Source: Anaeramoeba ignava BMAN
Taxonomy: Eukaryota; Protista; Anaeramoebae
Assembly: GCA_028826165.1 (NCBI GenBank)
Contig: JAPDFW010000143.1
Coordinates: forward strand, 53,278 to 117,277
Direction of reading: 5' to 3'
Length of the DNA stretch: 64,000 bases
A program made the position numbers and the translations under genes. Position 1 is the first letter of the stretch. Every line of letters starts with the position of its first letter. The notes beneath the pieces were generated by a model that was not told where the DNA came from, ran no database searches, and was given only the letters and a program-made list of their open reading frames with translations. Shown here piece after piece: positions 50,496 to 62,339 of this stretch.

Positions 50496-53400
50496 TTAAT
50501 TTTTTAAATCTTTTAAAATTAAATCAATAATTGAATTTTGATTTAATTGAAAATAATCTTTCAAATCATAAAATTCTTCTAAAATTATTTCTTTTTCTTT
50601 TTCTTTTTCTTTTTCTTTTTCAATATTATTAAATTTATCATGATAAAGAAAATAAATAAATTGATTAATTGTTTCAAATGATTTTCTTGAATAATCATGA
50701 ACTTGATTTGTTGAATCTTGAATATTTAATTCAAACATTCCTTTAAATAATTCACTTCGAATTATTAATATTAATTTATGAATTTTAATTTCTTTTTCTT
50801 CAACAATAATTTTAAAATCTTTGGTTTCATTTTCTTTATATAATTTTGATAAATCATTTATTATTCCTTTTCTTCCTTTTTTATTTTCAATCCAATTTGT
50901 TTCAATTCCAATTTCTTTAATAAAATTTTGGATAATTTCTTTTTCATTTTCATTTTCATTTTCATTTTCATTTTCATTTTCATTTTCATTTTCATTTTCA
51001 TTTTCATTTTCATTTTCATTTTCATTTTCATTTTCATTTTCATTTTCATTTTCATTTTCATTTTCATTTTCTTTTTCTTTTTCATTTTCAATTTGTTTTG
51101 AATTAAATTAAATTTTTCAATAAATTTATCAAAATTATAAAATCCAGTATAAATAAAATTTAAAATAATTTCAATTTCTTTTTGGTTTTGATAACAATTA
51201 TTAATAAATTTTTGTAAAATTAATTCATTATTATCAAATCTTGTTAATAATATTAATTTATGAACTTTAAATTTGAATAAATCATTTGATTGAATTATTA
51301 AATCTGAAAATTGATTATTTGATTTTAATAAATTATTCATATCTTCATTAATTGAATAAATTTGTGAAAATAATTGAATAAATTGTTTTGTGATTTGTTT
51401 TTGTTTCAAATCATAAATATTCATATCATTCATTAATAAAAATTTGATTATATTTTCATTTTGTTTTTTAATTGATATTGAAAGAATTGTTTCATTTTGA
51501 TTTGTTTTTGAATTAATATCAGCACCTTTGGAAATTAAATATTCAACAATTTGAATTGAATTGAATTGGCAAGCAAAATGTAAAGCAGTTTCATTTTGAT
51601 TATTTTTTGCATTAATATCAATTCCTTTGGAAATCAAATATTGAATAACTTTTAATGATAAATTATTTTGACAAGAATAATGTAAAGCTGTTTCATTTTC
51701 ATTTGTTTTTGCATTTATATCAATTCCTGATTCAATAAGAAATTTGATAATTTGAAAAAAATTGAATTGGCAAGCTAAATGTAAAGCTGTTTCATTTTCA
51801 TTATTTTTGGTATTAATATCAATTCCTTTGGAAACTAAATATTGAACAGTTTGAATTGAATTATTTCTACAAGCATAATGTAAAACAGTTTCATTTTCAT
51901 TTGTTTTTGCATTAATATCAATTCCTGATTCAAATAAATATTTAATAACTTGAATTGGTGAGTTATTTTCGCAAGCAAAATGTAAAGCTGTTTCATTTTC
52001 ATTTGTTTTTGCATTAATATCAATCCCTTTGGAAATCAAATATTCAATAGTTTGAATTGAATTATTTCTACAAGCAAAATGTAAAGCAGTTTGATTTTGA
52101 TTTGTTTTTTCATTAATATCAATTCCTTTTTCAATTAAATATTCAATAACTTCAAAGGGTGAATTATATTGACAAGCAATATGTAAGAGTGTTTGGTTTC
52201 GATTTGTTTTTTCATTGATATCAATTCCTTTGGAAATTAGATATTCAATAAGTTCAAATGATTTGTTTCTGCAAACATAATGTAAAACTGTTTGGTTTTG
52301 ATTTGTTTTTGCATTAATATCAATTCCTTTGGAAATCAAATATTCAATAACTTCAAATGATGGATTAAATTGGCAAGCAAAATGTAAAGCAGTTTCATTT
52401 CGTCTTGTTTTTTCATTAATATCAGCACCTTTGGAAACTAAATATTTAATAATTTGAATTGATGGATTATGTCTACAAACAAAATGTAAGACTGTTTCGT
52501 TTTGATTTGTTTTTGCATTAATATCAATTCCTTGTGAAATTAAATATTCAATAATTTCAAGTGATAGGCTATTTTTGCAAGCATAATGTAAAATTGTTTC
52601 ATTATAACCTGTTTTTGCATTAATATCAGCACCTTGTGAAATTAAATATTGAATAATTTCAAGTGTTGGATTATTTCTACAAATTGAATGTAAAACTGTT
52701 TCATTGTAATCTGTTTTTGCATTAATATCAGCACCTTTGGAAATTAAATATTGAATAACTTCAAATGAATTGGATTGACAAGCTGAAAGTAAAGGTGTTT
52801 CATCATAATTTGTTTTTGCATCAATATCAATTCCTTTGGAAATTAAATATTGAATAATTTCAAGTGATAAATTATTTCTACAAGCTGAATGTAAAACTGT
52901 TTCATTTTCATCAATTTTATCATGAATATCAATTCCTTGAGAAACTAAATATTCAATAACTTCAAGTGATGGATTATTTTGATTTTCAAAAACATAATGT
53001 AAAACTGTTTCATTATAATTTGTTTTTGAATAAATATCAACACCTTTGGAAATCAAATATTCAATAATTTCAATTGATGGATTATATCTACAAACATAAT
53101 GTAAAACTGTTTCATTCCATTTGTTTTTTTCATGAATATCAACACCTTTAGAAATTAAATATTCAATAACTTGAATTGATGGATTGTTTTCACAAACCAA
53201 ATGAATAAGTGTTTGATTCCATTTGGTTTTTTCATTAATATCAACACCTTTGGAAACTAAATATTCAATAACTTTGAACGATGGATTGTTTTGACAAACT
53301 AATTGTAAAGCTGTTTCATTATCACTTGTGATTGCATTTATATCAACACCTTTAGAAACCAAATATTTAATAACATCAACTGAATTCTTTTGGCAAGCAT

Positions 53401-54442
53401 AATGTAAGACTGTTTCGTTATCATTTGTAATTGAATTAATATCCAGACCTTTGGAAATTAAATATTCAATAACTTCGAGTGAATTCTTTTTACATGCAGA
53501 ATGTAAAATTGTTTCATTCCATATTGTTTTTGCATTAATATCAACTCCTTTGGAAATTAAATATTTAATAACTTCAAGTGAATTATTTTTGCATGCATAA
53601 TGTAATATTGTTTCATTCCTTTTGGTTTTTGCATTAATATTAATTCCTTTGGAAATTAAATATTCAATAACTTCAAGAGAATTATTTTTGCATGCATAAT
53701 GTAATAATGTTTTATGTCTATTTGTTTTATACTTAATATTAATTCCTTTAGATATTAAATATTTAATAACTTCAAGTGAATTCTTTTTACATGCATAATG
53801 TAAAATTGTTTGATTTTGTCTTGTTTTATCATTTATATTAATTCCTTTGGAAATTAAATATTCGATAACTTCAATTGAATTATTTTGACATGCAAAATGT
53901 AATATTGTTTCATTTGAATTTGTTTTTAAATTAATATTAATTCCTTTGGAAATTAAATATTCAATAATTTTAATTGAATTATATTCACATGCATAATGTA
54001 AAATTGTTTTATTTGAATTTGTTTTTTCATTTATATTAATTTTATTAGAAATTAAATATTCAATAATTTCAATTAATTCTTTTTCATTTTTTAAATATTT
54101 TATTAAATAATGAATAATTGTTTTTCCTTTTTTATCTTTTGAATTAATATTAATTCCTTTTGTTATTAATAATTTAATTATTTCAATTTTTGATTGATTT
54201 ATAATTGAAATTTGTAATAAATTTCTTCTTTTTTTATCTTTAAAATTAATATCATTATCATTATTATTATTAAATAATTCTGTTATTAAATATTCAATTA
54301 TTTCTTTGGAAACTTTTTGTTTTATTGAATATTTTATTATTTTCTTTTTATTTTTTTCTTCATTAATAATTTCTTTTATAATTTCTTTAATTTTTTCAAT
54401 TTCATTTTCTTTTATAATTTTATAAATTTTATTTTTATTCAT
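50496..54442 (-). CDS. Intronless ankyrin (about 28 repeats)-BTB-BTB protein, array copy A; frameshift near 51110
   Basis: The ORFs at 50861-54442 and 50496-50738 are collinear with the intact paralogs. There are small indels near 51105-51190. Confidence 0.85.
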
Positions 54443-54508
54443 TTTATTTTTATTTATTTTTTATTTTTTGAAATGAAAAAAAATGAAAAAATGGAAAAAA
54501 ATTTAAAA

Positions 54509-57500
54509 TTAATTTTTTAAATCTTTTAAAATTAAATCAATAATTGAATTTTGATTTAATTGAAAATAATCTTTTAAATCATAAAATTCTTCTAAAATAA
54601 TTTCTTTTTCTTTTTCTTTTTCAATATTATTAAATTTATCATGATAAAGAAAATAAATAAATTGATTAATTGTTTCAAATGATTTTCTTGAATAATCATG
54701 AACTTGATTTGAAGAATCTTGAATATTTAATTCAAACATTCCTTTAAATAATTCACTTCGAATTATTAATATTAATTTATGAATTTTAATTTCTTTTTCT
54801 TCAATAATAATTTTAAAATCTTTGGTTTTATTTTCTTTATATAATTTTGATAAATCATTTATTATTCCTTTTCTTCCTTTTTTATTTTCAATCCAATTTG
54901 AATCAATTCCAATTTCTTTAATAAACTTTTGGATAATTTCATTTTCATTTTCATTTTCATTTTCATTTTCATTTTGTTTTTCATTTTCATTTTCATTTTC
55001 ATTTTGTTTTGAATTAAATTTTTCAATAAATTTATCAAAATTATAAAATCCAGTATAAATAAAATTTAAAATAATTTCAATTTCTTTTTTTGGTTTTTGA
55101 TAACAATTATTAATAAATTTTTGTAAAGTTAATTCATTATTATCAAATCTTGTTAATAATATTAATTTATGAACTTTAAATTTGAATAAATCATTTGATT
55201 GAATTATTAAATCTGAAAATTGATTATTTGATTTTAATAAATTATTCATATCTTCATTAATTGAATAAATTTGTGAAAATAATTGAATAAATTGTTTTGT
55301 GATTTGTTTTTGTTTTAAATCATAAATATTCATATCATTCATTAATAAAAATTTGATTATATTTTCATTTTGTTTTTTAATTGATATTGAAAGAATTGTT
55401 TCATTTTGATTTGTTTTTGAATTAATATCAGCACCTTTTGAAATTAAATATTCAACAATTTGAATTGAATTGAATTGGCAAGCTAAATGCAAAGCAGTTT
55501 CATTTTGATTATTTTTTGCATTAATATCAATTCCTTTGGAAATCAAATATTGAATAACTTTTAATGATAAATTATTTTGGCAAGTATAATGTAAAGCTGT
55601 TTCATTTTGATTTGTTTTTGCATTTATATCAATTCCTTTGGAAATTAAATATTGGATAATTTGAAAAAAATTGAATTGGCAAGCTAAATGTAAAGCTGTT
55701 TCATTTTGATTATTTTTTGCATTAATATCAATTCCTTTGGAAACTAAATATTGAACAGTTTGAATTGAATTAAATCTGGAAATTAAATGTAAAGCAGTTT
55801 GATTTTCATCTGTTTTTGCATTAATATCAATTCCTTTGGAAATTAAATATTCAATAATTTCAAATGATAGATTATTTCGACAAGCAAAATGTAAAGCTGT
55901 TTCATTTTCATCTGCTTTTGCATTAATATCGATTCCTTTGGAAATTAAATATTCAATAGTTTGAATTGATGGATTATTTTCACAAACAAAATGTAAAGCT
56001 GTTTCATTGAAATTTGTTTTTGCATTAATATCAATTCCTTTGGAAATTAAATATTGAATAACTTCGAATGATGAATTATATTCACAAGCAATATGTAAGG
56101 CAGTTTGATTTCGTCTTGTTTTTGCATTAATATCAATTCCTTTGGAAATCAAATATTCAATAATTTCAAGTGATGGATTATGTCTACAAACAAAATGTAA
56201 AACTGTTTCATTTTGATTTGTTTTTGCATTAATATTAACACCTTTTTCAACTAAATATTCAATAATTTCAAGTGATGAATTATTTCTACAAGCAATATGT
56301 AAAGCTGTTTGATTTCTATTTGTTTTTTCATTAATATCAATTCCTTTGGAAATTAAATATTTAATAACTTCAAGTGATGTATTATTTTGGCAAACATAAT
56401 GTAAAGCTGTTTCATTTCCATTTGTTTTATCATTTATATCAATTCCTTTGGAAATCAAATATTCGATAACTTCAATTTGTGGATTATTTCTACAAGCTAA
56501 ATGTAAAACAGTTTCATTTTGATTTGTTTTTGCATTAATATCAATTCCTTTGGAAATTAAATATTTAATAACTTCAACTAAAGGTTTACTTCTACAAGCA
56601 TAATGTAAAGCTGTTTCATTTTGATTCGTTTTTGCATTAATATCAGCACCTTTGGAAATTAAATATTCAATAACTTGAAGTGAATCATTTTCACAAGCAT
56701 AATGTAAAATTGTTTCATCATAATTTGTTTTTGCATTAATATCAATTTCTTTGGAAATCAAATATTGAATAATTTCAAATGATGAATTATTTCTACAAGC
56801 TAAATGTAATATTGTTTCATTGTAATCAGATCGTGTATTAATATCAGCACCTTTGGAAATTAAATATTCAATAATTTCAGTTGATGAATTATTTCTACAA
56901 GCTGAAAGTAAAGGTGTTTCATCATAATTTGTTTTTGCATTAATATCAATTCCTTTTTCAACTAAATATTCAATAACTTCAAATGATGGATTATATTGAC
57001 AAACTATATGTAAAACTGTTTCATTTTGATTTGTTTTTGCATTAATATTGATTCCTTTTTCAACTAAATATTCAATAACTTCAATTGATGGATTATATCT
57101 ACAAGCTGAATGTAAAACTGCTTCATTCCATTTGGTTTTTTCATGAATATCAACACCTTTAGAAATTAAATATTCAATAACTTGAATTGATGGATTATTT
57201 TCACAAACCAAATGAATAAGTGTTCGATTCCATTTGTTTTTTTCATTTATATCAACACCTTTGGAAATCAAATATTCAATAACTTTAAATGATGGATTGT
57301 TTCTACAAGCAAAATGTAAAGTTGTTTCGTTATCACTTGTAATTGCATTTATATCAATTCCTTTGGAAACTAAATATTTAATAACATCAACTGAATTACT
57401 TTCACATGCATAATGTAAAACTGTTGCGTTATCACCTGTAATTGCATTTATATCAGCACCTTTGGAAATTAAATATTCAATAACTTTGAGTGAATTATTT

Positions 57501-58651
57501 TGGCAAGCATAATGTAAAGCTGTTTCATTCCATATTGTTTTTGAATTAATATCAATTCCTTTGGAAATTAAATATTTAATAACTTCGAGTGAATTGTTTT
57601 GACATGCATAATGTAAAATTGTTTTATTTGAATTTGTTTTTGAATTAATATCAATTCCTTTAGAAATTAAATATTTAATAACTTCAAGTGAATTGTTTTG
57701 ACATGCATAATGTAAAATTGTTTTGTGTCTATTTGTTTTTGCATTAATATCAATTCCTTTGGAAATTAAATATTTAATAACTTCAAGTGAATTCTTTTTA
57801 CATGCAGAATGTAATATTGTTTCATTTTTATTTGTTTTTGAATTAATATCAATTCCTTTAGAAATTAAATATTTAATAACTTCAAGAGAATTATTTTTAG
57901 ATGCATAATGTAATATTGTTTTGTATTGATTTGTTTTATAATTAATATTAATTCCTTTTGAAATTAAATATTCAATAACTTGAATTGAATTCTTTTTACA
58001 TGCATAATGTAAAACTGTTTCATTTTTATTTGTTTTTTCATTTATATTAATTCCTTTGGAAATTAAATATTCGATAACTTCAATTGAATTATTTTGACAT
58101 GCAAAATGTAATATTGTTTCATTTGAATTTGTTTTTAAATTAATATTAATTCCTTTGGATATTAAATATTCAATAATTTGAATTGAATTATATTCACATG
58201 CATAATGTAATATTGTTTTATTTGAATTTGTTTTTTCATTTATATTATTAATTTTATTAGAAATTAAATATTCAATAATTTCAATTAATTCTTTTTCATT
58301 TTTTAAATATTTTATTAAATAATGAATAATTGTTTTTCCTTTTTTATCTTTTGAATTAATATTAATTCCTTTTGTAATTAATAATTTAATTATTTCAATT
58401 TTTGATTGATTTATAATTGAAATTTGTAATAAATTTCTTCTTTTTTTATCTTTAAAATTAATATCATTATTATTATTATTAAATAATTCTGTTATTAAAT
58501 ATTCAATTATTTCTTTGGAAACTTTTTGTTTTATTGAATATTTTATTATTTTCTTTTTATCTTTTTCTTCATTAATAATTTCTTTTATAATTTCTTTAAT
58601 TTTTTCAATTTCATTTTCTTTTATAATTTTATAAATTTTATTTTTATTCAT
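54509..58651 (-). CDS. Intronless ankyrin (about 31 repeats)-BTB-BTB protein, array copy B
   Basis: 1380-aa ORF with GIDINAKTxxNETxLHxAC repeats, then SDLIIQ..FKVHKLIL and KDFKII..IKIHKLILIIRSELFKGMF. Confidence 0.92.
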   Translation of the reverse strand: MNKNKIYKIIKENEIEKIKEIIKEIINEEKDKKKIIKYSIKQKVSKEIIEYLITELFNNNNNDINFKDKKRRNLLQISIINQSKIEIIKLLITKGININSKDKKGKTIIHYLIKYLKNEKELIEIIEYLISNKINNINEKTNSNKTILHYACEYNSIQIIEYLISKGININLKTNSNETILHFACQNNSIEVIEYLISKGININEKTNKNETVLHYACKKNSIQVIEYLISKGININYKTNQYKTILHYASKNNSLEVIKYLISKGIDINSKTNKNETILHSACKKNSLEVIKYLISKGIDINAKTNRHKTILHYACQNNSLEVIKYLISKGIDINSKTNSNKTILHYACQNNSLEVIKYLISKGIDINSKTIWNETALHYACQNNSLKVIEYLISKGADINAITGDNATVLHYACESNSVDVIKYLVSKGIDINAITSDNETTLHFACRNNPSFKVIEYLISKGVDINEKNKWNRTLIHLVCENNPSIQVIEYLISKGVDIHEKTKWNEAVLHSACRYNPSIEVIEYLVEKGININAKTNQNETVLHIVCQYNPSFEVIEYLVEKGIDINAKTNYDETPLLSACRNNSSTEIIEYLISKGADINTRSDYNETILHLACRNNSSFEIIQYLISKEIDINAKTNYDETILHYACENDSLQVIEYLISKGADINAKTNQNETALHYACRSKPLVEVIKYLISKGIDINAKTNQNETVLHLACRNNPQIEVIEYLISKGIDINDKTNGNETALHYVCQNNTSLEVIKYLISKGIDINEKTNRNQTALHIACRNNSSLEIIEYLVEKGVNINAKTNQNETVLHFVCRHNPSLEIIEYLISKGIDINAKTRRNQTALHIACEYNSSFEVIQYLISKGIDINAKTNFNETALHFVCENNPSIQTIEYLISKGIDINAKADENETALHFACRNNLSFEIIEYLISKGIDINAKTDENQTALHLISRFNSIQTVQYLVSKGIDINAKNNQNETALHLACQFNFFQIIQYLISKGIDINAKTNQNETALHYTCQNNLSLKVIQYLISKGIDINAKNNQNETALHLACQFNSIQIVEYLISKGADINSKTNQNETILSISIKKQNENIIKFLLMNDMNIYDLKQKQITKQFIQLFSQIYSINEDMNNLLKSNNQFSDLIIQSNDLFKFKVHKLILLTRFDNNELTLQKFINNCYQKPKKEIEIILNFIYTGFYNFDKFIEKFNSKQNENENENEKQNENENENENENEIIQKFIKEIGIDSNWIENKKGRKGIINDLSKLYKENKTKDFKIIIEEKEIKIHKLILIIRSELFKGMFELNIQDSSNQVHDYSRKSFETINQFIYFLYHDKFNNIEKEKEKEIILEEFYDLKDYFQLNQNSIIDLILKDLKN

Positions 58652-58713
58652 TTTATATTTATTTCTTTTTATTTTTTGAAATGAAAAAAAATGAAAAAAT
58701 GAAAAATGAAAAA

Positions 58714-61700
58714 TTAATTTTTTAAATCTTTTAAAATTAAATCAATAATTGAATTTTGATTTAATTGGAAATAATCTTTTAAATCATAAAATTCTTCTAA
58801 AATAATTTCTTTTTCTTTTTCTTTTTCTTTTTCAATATTATTAAATTTATCATGATAAAGGAAATAAATAAATTGATTAATTGTTTCAAATGATTTTCTT
58901 GAATAATCATGAACTTGATTTGTTGAATCTTGAATATTTAATTCAAACATTCCTTTAAATAATTCACTTCGAATTATTAATATTAATTTATGAATTTTAA
59001 TTTCTTTTTCTTCAACAATTATTTTAAAATCTTTGGTTTCATTTTCTTTATATAATTTTGATAAATCATTTATTATTCCTTTTCTTCCTTTTTTATTTTC
59101 AATCCAATTTGAATCAATTCCAATTTCTTTAATAAAATTTTGGATAATTTCTTTTTCATTTTCATTTTCATTTTCATTTTCATTTTCATTTTCATTTTCA
59201 TTTTCATTTTCATTTTCATTTTCATTTTCATTTTCATTTTCATTTTCATTTTCATTTTCATTTTCAATTTGTTTTGAATTAAATTTATCAATAAATTTAT
59301 CAAAATTATAAAATCCAGTATAAATAAAATTTAAAATAATTTCAATTTCTTTTTTTGGTTTTTGATAACAATTATTAATAAATTTTTGTAAAGTTAATTC
59401 ATTATTATCAAATCTTGTTAATAATATTAATTTATGAACTTTAAATTTAAATAAATCATTTGATTGAATTATTAAATCTGAAAATTGATTATTTGATTTT
59501 AATAAATTATTCATATCTTCATTAATTGAATAAATTTGTGGAATTAAATCAATAAATTCTTGTGTGATATATTCTTTTTTTAAATCATCAATATTCGCAT
59601 CATTCATTAATAAAAATTTGATTATATTTTCATTTTGTTTTTTAATTGATATTGAAAGAATTGTTTCATTTTGATTTGTTTTTGAATTAATATCAGCACC
59701 TTTGGAAATTAAATATTTAACAATTTGAATTGATGAATTCCTTTCAGAAGCGTAATGTAAAGCAGTTTCATTTTGATTTGTTTTTGCATTTATATCAATT
59801 CCTTTGGAAATCAAATATTCAACAAATTCAAATAAATTGCTTTGATATTTCAAAGTAAAATGTAAAGCTGTTTCATTGTGACTTGTTTTTACATTAATAT
59901 CAATTCCTGATTCAATAAGAAATTTCGTAATATCAAATGATTTTGGAGGTTGATATTGATAAATAATATGCAAAGCTGATTGGTTGTTGTAAACTTTAGC
60001 ATTAATATCAATTCCTTTGGAAACAAGTAATTTTATAACTTCAAACGAATTTGGATTTTTATTTTGGCAAACAAAATGTAAAGCAGTTTGATTTCTTTTT
60101 GTTTTTGCATTAATATCAATTCCTTTTTCTATGAGACATTTGATCAATTCAATTGAGTTTTTATTTTGATTTTGACAAGCTAAATGTAAAGCAGTTTGAT
60201 TTTCATTTGTTTTTGCATTAATATCAATTCCTTTTTCTATAAGACATTTGATCAATTCGTTCGAATTTTCTTGATTTTTATTTTTGCACAAACAATGCAA
60301 AGCTGTTTCTTCTCCATATGAAGTTTTTGCATTTATATCAATTCCTGATTCAAGAAGAAATTTGATAATTTGGATTGAATTCGAATTAAGATTTCCGTTT
60401 TCACAAAAAAGATGAAGAGGCGTTTTTCGATTGAATGTTAAATAACCAGATGGCACTTTCCTGAAATAAATGAGATGATCGTGATCTGAAGTTTGATTTG
60501 AGGTTTTGTTTATGTGAGTTTTTAATTCCATTTCTTTTGAAACAAGAAATTGGATAACTTCAAATAAATTTTCATTTTGGTTTTGATTTTGATGTTGACA
60601 AGCAAAATGCAAAGGTGTAGCTTGATTATATCTTGTTTGAGCAGCGATATCAGCTCCTTTTGAAGCAAGAAATTTGATGATTTCAAGTGAGTTTTCATTT
60701 ATGTTACCACAAGCATGATGCAAAGGTGTTTCATTATTTATTGTTTGAGAATTAATATCAATTCCTTTGAAAACTAGATATTCAATAACTTCAAGTGGTA
60801 AATTAGTTTGACAAGCAAAATGTAAAGCTGTTTCTTTATTGTAATTGGTTTTTGCATTAATATCAATTCCTTTTTCAACTAAATATTGTATAACTTCAAG
60901 AGAGGAATTATTTTGGCATGCATAATGTAGTGCTGTTTTACCTTCAATTGTTTTTGCATTAATATCAATTCCTTTTGAGATTAAATATTTAGCAATTTCA
61001 ATTGATGGATTGTTTTGGCATGCTAAATGTAAAGCTGTTTCTTCTCGATATGAAATTGTTGAATTAATATCGCTTCCTTTTTCAACAAGAAGTTTAACAA
61101 TTTCCAACGAATTAAAGAAAGAAGCGATATGTAAAGCTATTTGATTTTGATTTGTTGTTGCATGTATATCAATTCCTTTTTCAACAAGAATTTTAACAAT
61201 TTCAATTGAATTAGGATTTTTACAAGCTATATGTAAAACTGTTTCATTAAAATCTGATTTCACATTAATATCAATTCCTTTTTCAATAAGAAATTTAATA
61301 ATTTCATTTGAATTTTTATGGCTAAAAGCATAATGTAAAGCTGTTTCATTCCATTTTGTTTTTGCATTAATATCAACACCTTTGGAAATTAAATATTGAA
61401 TAACTTTTAGTGTATTTTGAAATTTGCAAGCATAATGTAAAGCTGTTTCATTTCCATTTGTTTTTGAATTAATATCAATTCCTTTGGAAATCAAATATTC
61501 AATAATTTCAAGTGGTTGTTTGTATTGGCAAACAAGATGTAAAACTGTTTCATGATTTATATTTTTTGAATTAATATCAATTCCTTTTGAAATGAAATAT
61601 TCAATGATTTCATTTGGTTTTTGATATTGGCAAACAAGATGTAAAGGCGTTTCATTAAATAAAGTTGTTAAAGTAGGATCAGCTCCTTTTGAAACAAGAA

Positions 61701-62277
61701 ATTTGATCATCTCAATTGATTTTTGGTATTTCAAAACAAAATATAAAGGAGATAATTTTGCATCTGCTTGTGAATTAATATCAGATCCATTTTCAATAAG
61801 AAATTTAATAACTTCAAATGAGTTATATTGACATGCCAAATGTAATGCTATTTTTTGATCAATTCTTTTGATATTAACATCAATTCCTTTTTCAACTAAA
61901 TATTTAATAACTTCAAATGAATGATATTGGCAAGCAAAATGTAAAGCTGTTTCATTTTCTTCTGTTTTTGAATTAATATCAATTCCTTTTTTAATTAATA
62001 ATTTAATTATTTCAATTTTTGATTGATTTATAATTGAAATTTGTAATAAATTTCTTCTTTTTTTATCTTTAAAATTAATATCATTATCATTATTATTATT
62101 ATTATTAAATAATTTTGTTATTAAATATTCAATTATTTCTTTGGAAACTTTTTGTTTTATTGAATATTTTATTATTTTCTTTTTATTTTTTTCTTCATTA
62201 ATAATTTCTTTTATAATTTCTTTAATTTTTTCAATTTCATTTTCTTTTATAATTTTATAAATTTTATTTTTATTCAT
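58714..62277 (-). CDS. Intronless ankyrin (about 24 repeats)-BTB-BTB protein, array copy C with a divergent core
   Basis: 1187-aa ORF with the same termini as copies A and B but a distinct central repeat set. Confidence 0.92.
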   Translation of the reverse strand: MNKNKIYKIIKENEIEKIKEIIKEIINEEKNKKKIIKYSIKQKVSKEIIEYLITKLFNNNNNNDNDINFKDKKRRNLLQISIINQSKIEIIKLLIKKGIDINSKTEENETALHFACQYHSFEVIKYLVEKGIDVNIKRIDQKIALHLACQYNSFEVIKFLIENGSDINSQADAKLSPLYFVLKYQKSIEMIKFLVSKGADPTLTTLFNETPLHLVCQYQKPNEIIEYFISKGIDINSKNINHETVLHLVCQYKQPLEIIEYLISKGIDINSKTNGNETALHYACKFQNTLKVIQYLISKGVDINAKTKWNETALHYAFSHKNSNEIIKFLIEKGIDINVKSDFNETVLHIACKNPNSIEIVKILVEKGIDIHATTNQNQIALHIASFFNSLEIVKLLVEKGSDINSTISYREETALHLACQNNPSIEIAKYLISKGIDINAKTIEGKTALHYACQNNSSLEVIQYLVEKGIDINAKTNYNKETALHFACQTNLPLEVIEYLVFKGIDINSQTINNETPLHHACGNINENSLEIIKFLASKGADIAAQTRYNQATPLHFACQHQNQNQNENLFEVIQFLVSKEMELKTHINKTSNQTSDHDHLIYFRKVPSGYLTFNRKTPLHLFCENGNLNSNSIQIIKFLLESGIDINAKTSYGEETALHCLCKNKNQENSNELIKCLIEKGIDINAKTNENQTALHLACQNQNKNSIELIKCLIEKGIDINAKTKRNQTALHFVCQNKNPNSFEVIKLLVSKGIDINAKVYNNQSALHIIYQYQPPKSFDITKFLIESGIDINVKTSHNETALHFTLKYQSNLFEFVEYLISKGIDINAKTNQNETALHYASERNSSIQIVKYLISKGADINSKTNQNETILSISIKKQNENIIKFLLMNDANIDDLKKEYITQEFIDLIPQIYSINEDMNNLLKSNNQFSDLIIQSNDLFKFKVHKLILLTRFDNNELTLQKFINNCYQKPKKEIEIILNFIYTGFYNFDKFIDKFNSKQIENENENENENENENENENENENENENENENENENENEKEIIQNFIKEIGIDSNWIENKKGRKGIINDLSKLYKENETKDFKIIVEEKEIKIHKLILIIRSELFKGMFELNIQDSTNQVHDYSRKSFETINQFIYFLYHDKFNNIEKEKEKEKEIILEEFYDLKDYFQLNQNSIIDLILKDLKN

Positions 62278-62339
62278 TTTATTTTTATTTATTTTTATTT
62301 TTTGAAATGAAAAAAAATGAAAAAATGAAAAATTTAAAA

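Noticed and set aside
12215-51190. Frameshifts in WNK (about 12230 and 12890), BTB-TLDc (about 22435), DnaJ (about 41490) and array copy A (about 51110) as programmed frameshifts or pseudogenes
   Set aside because: All lie in A-runs or microsatellites typical of long-read indel errors. They cannot be told apart from real lesions without reads.
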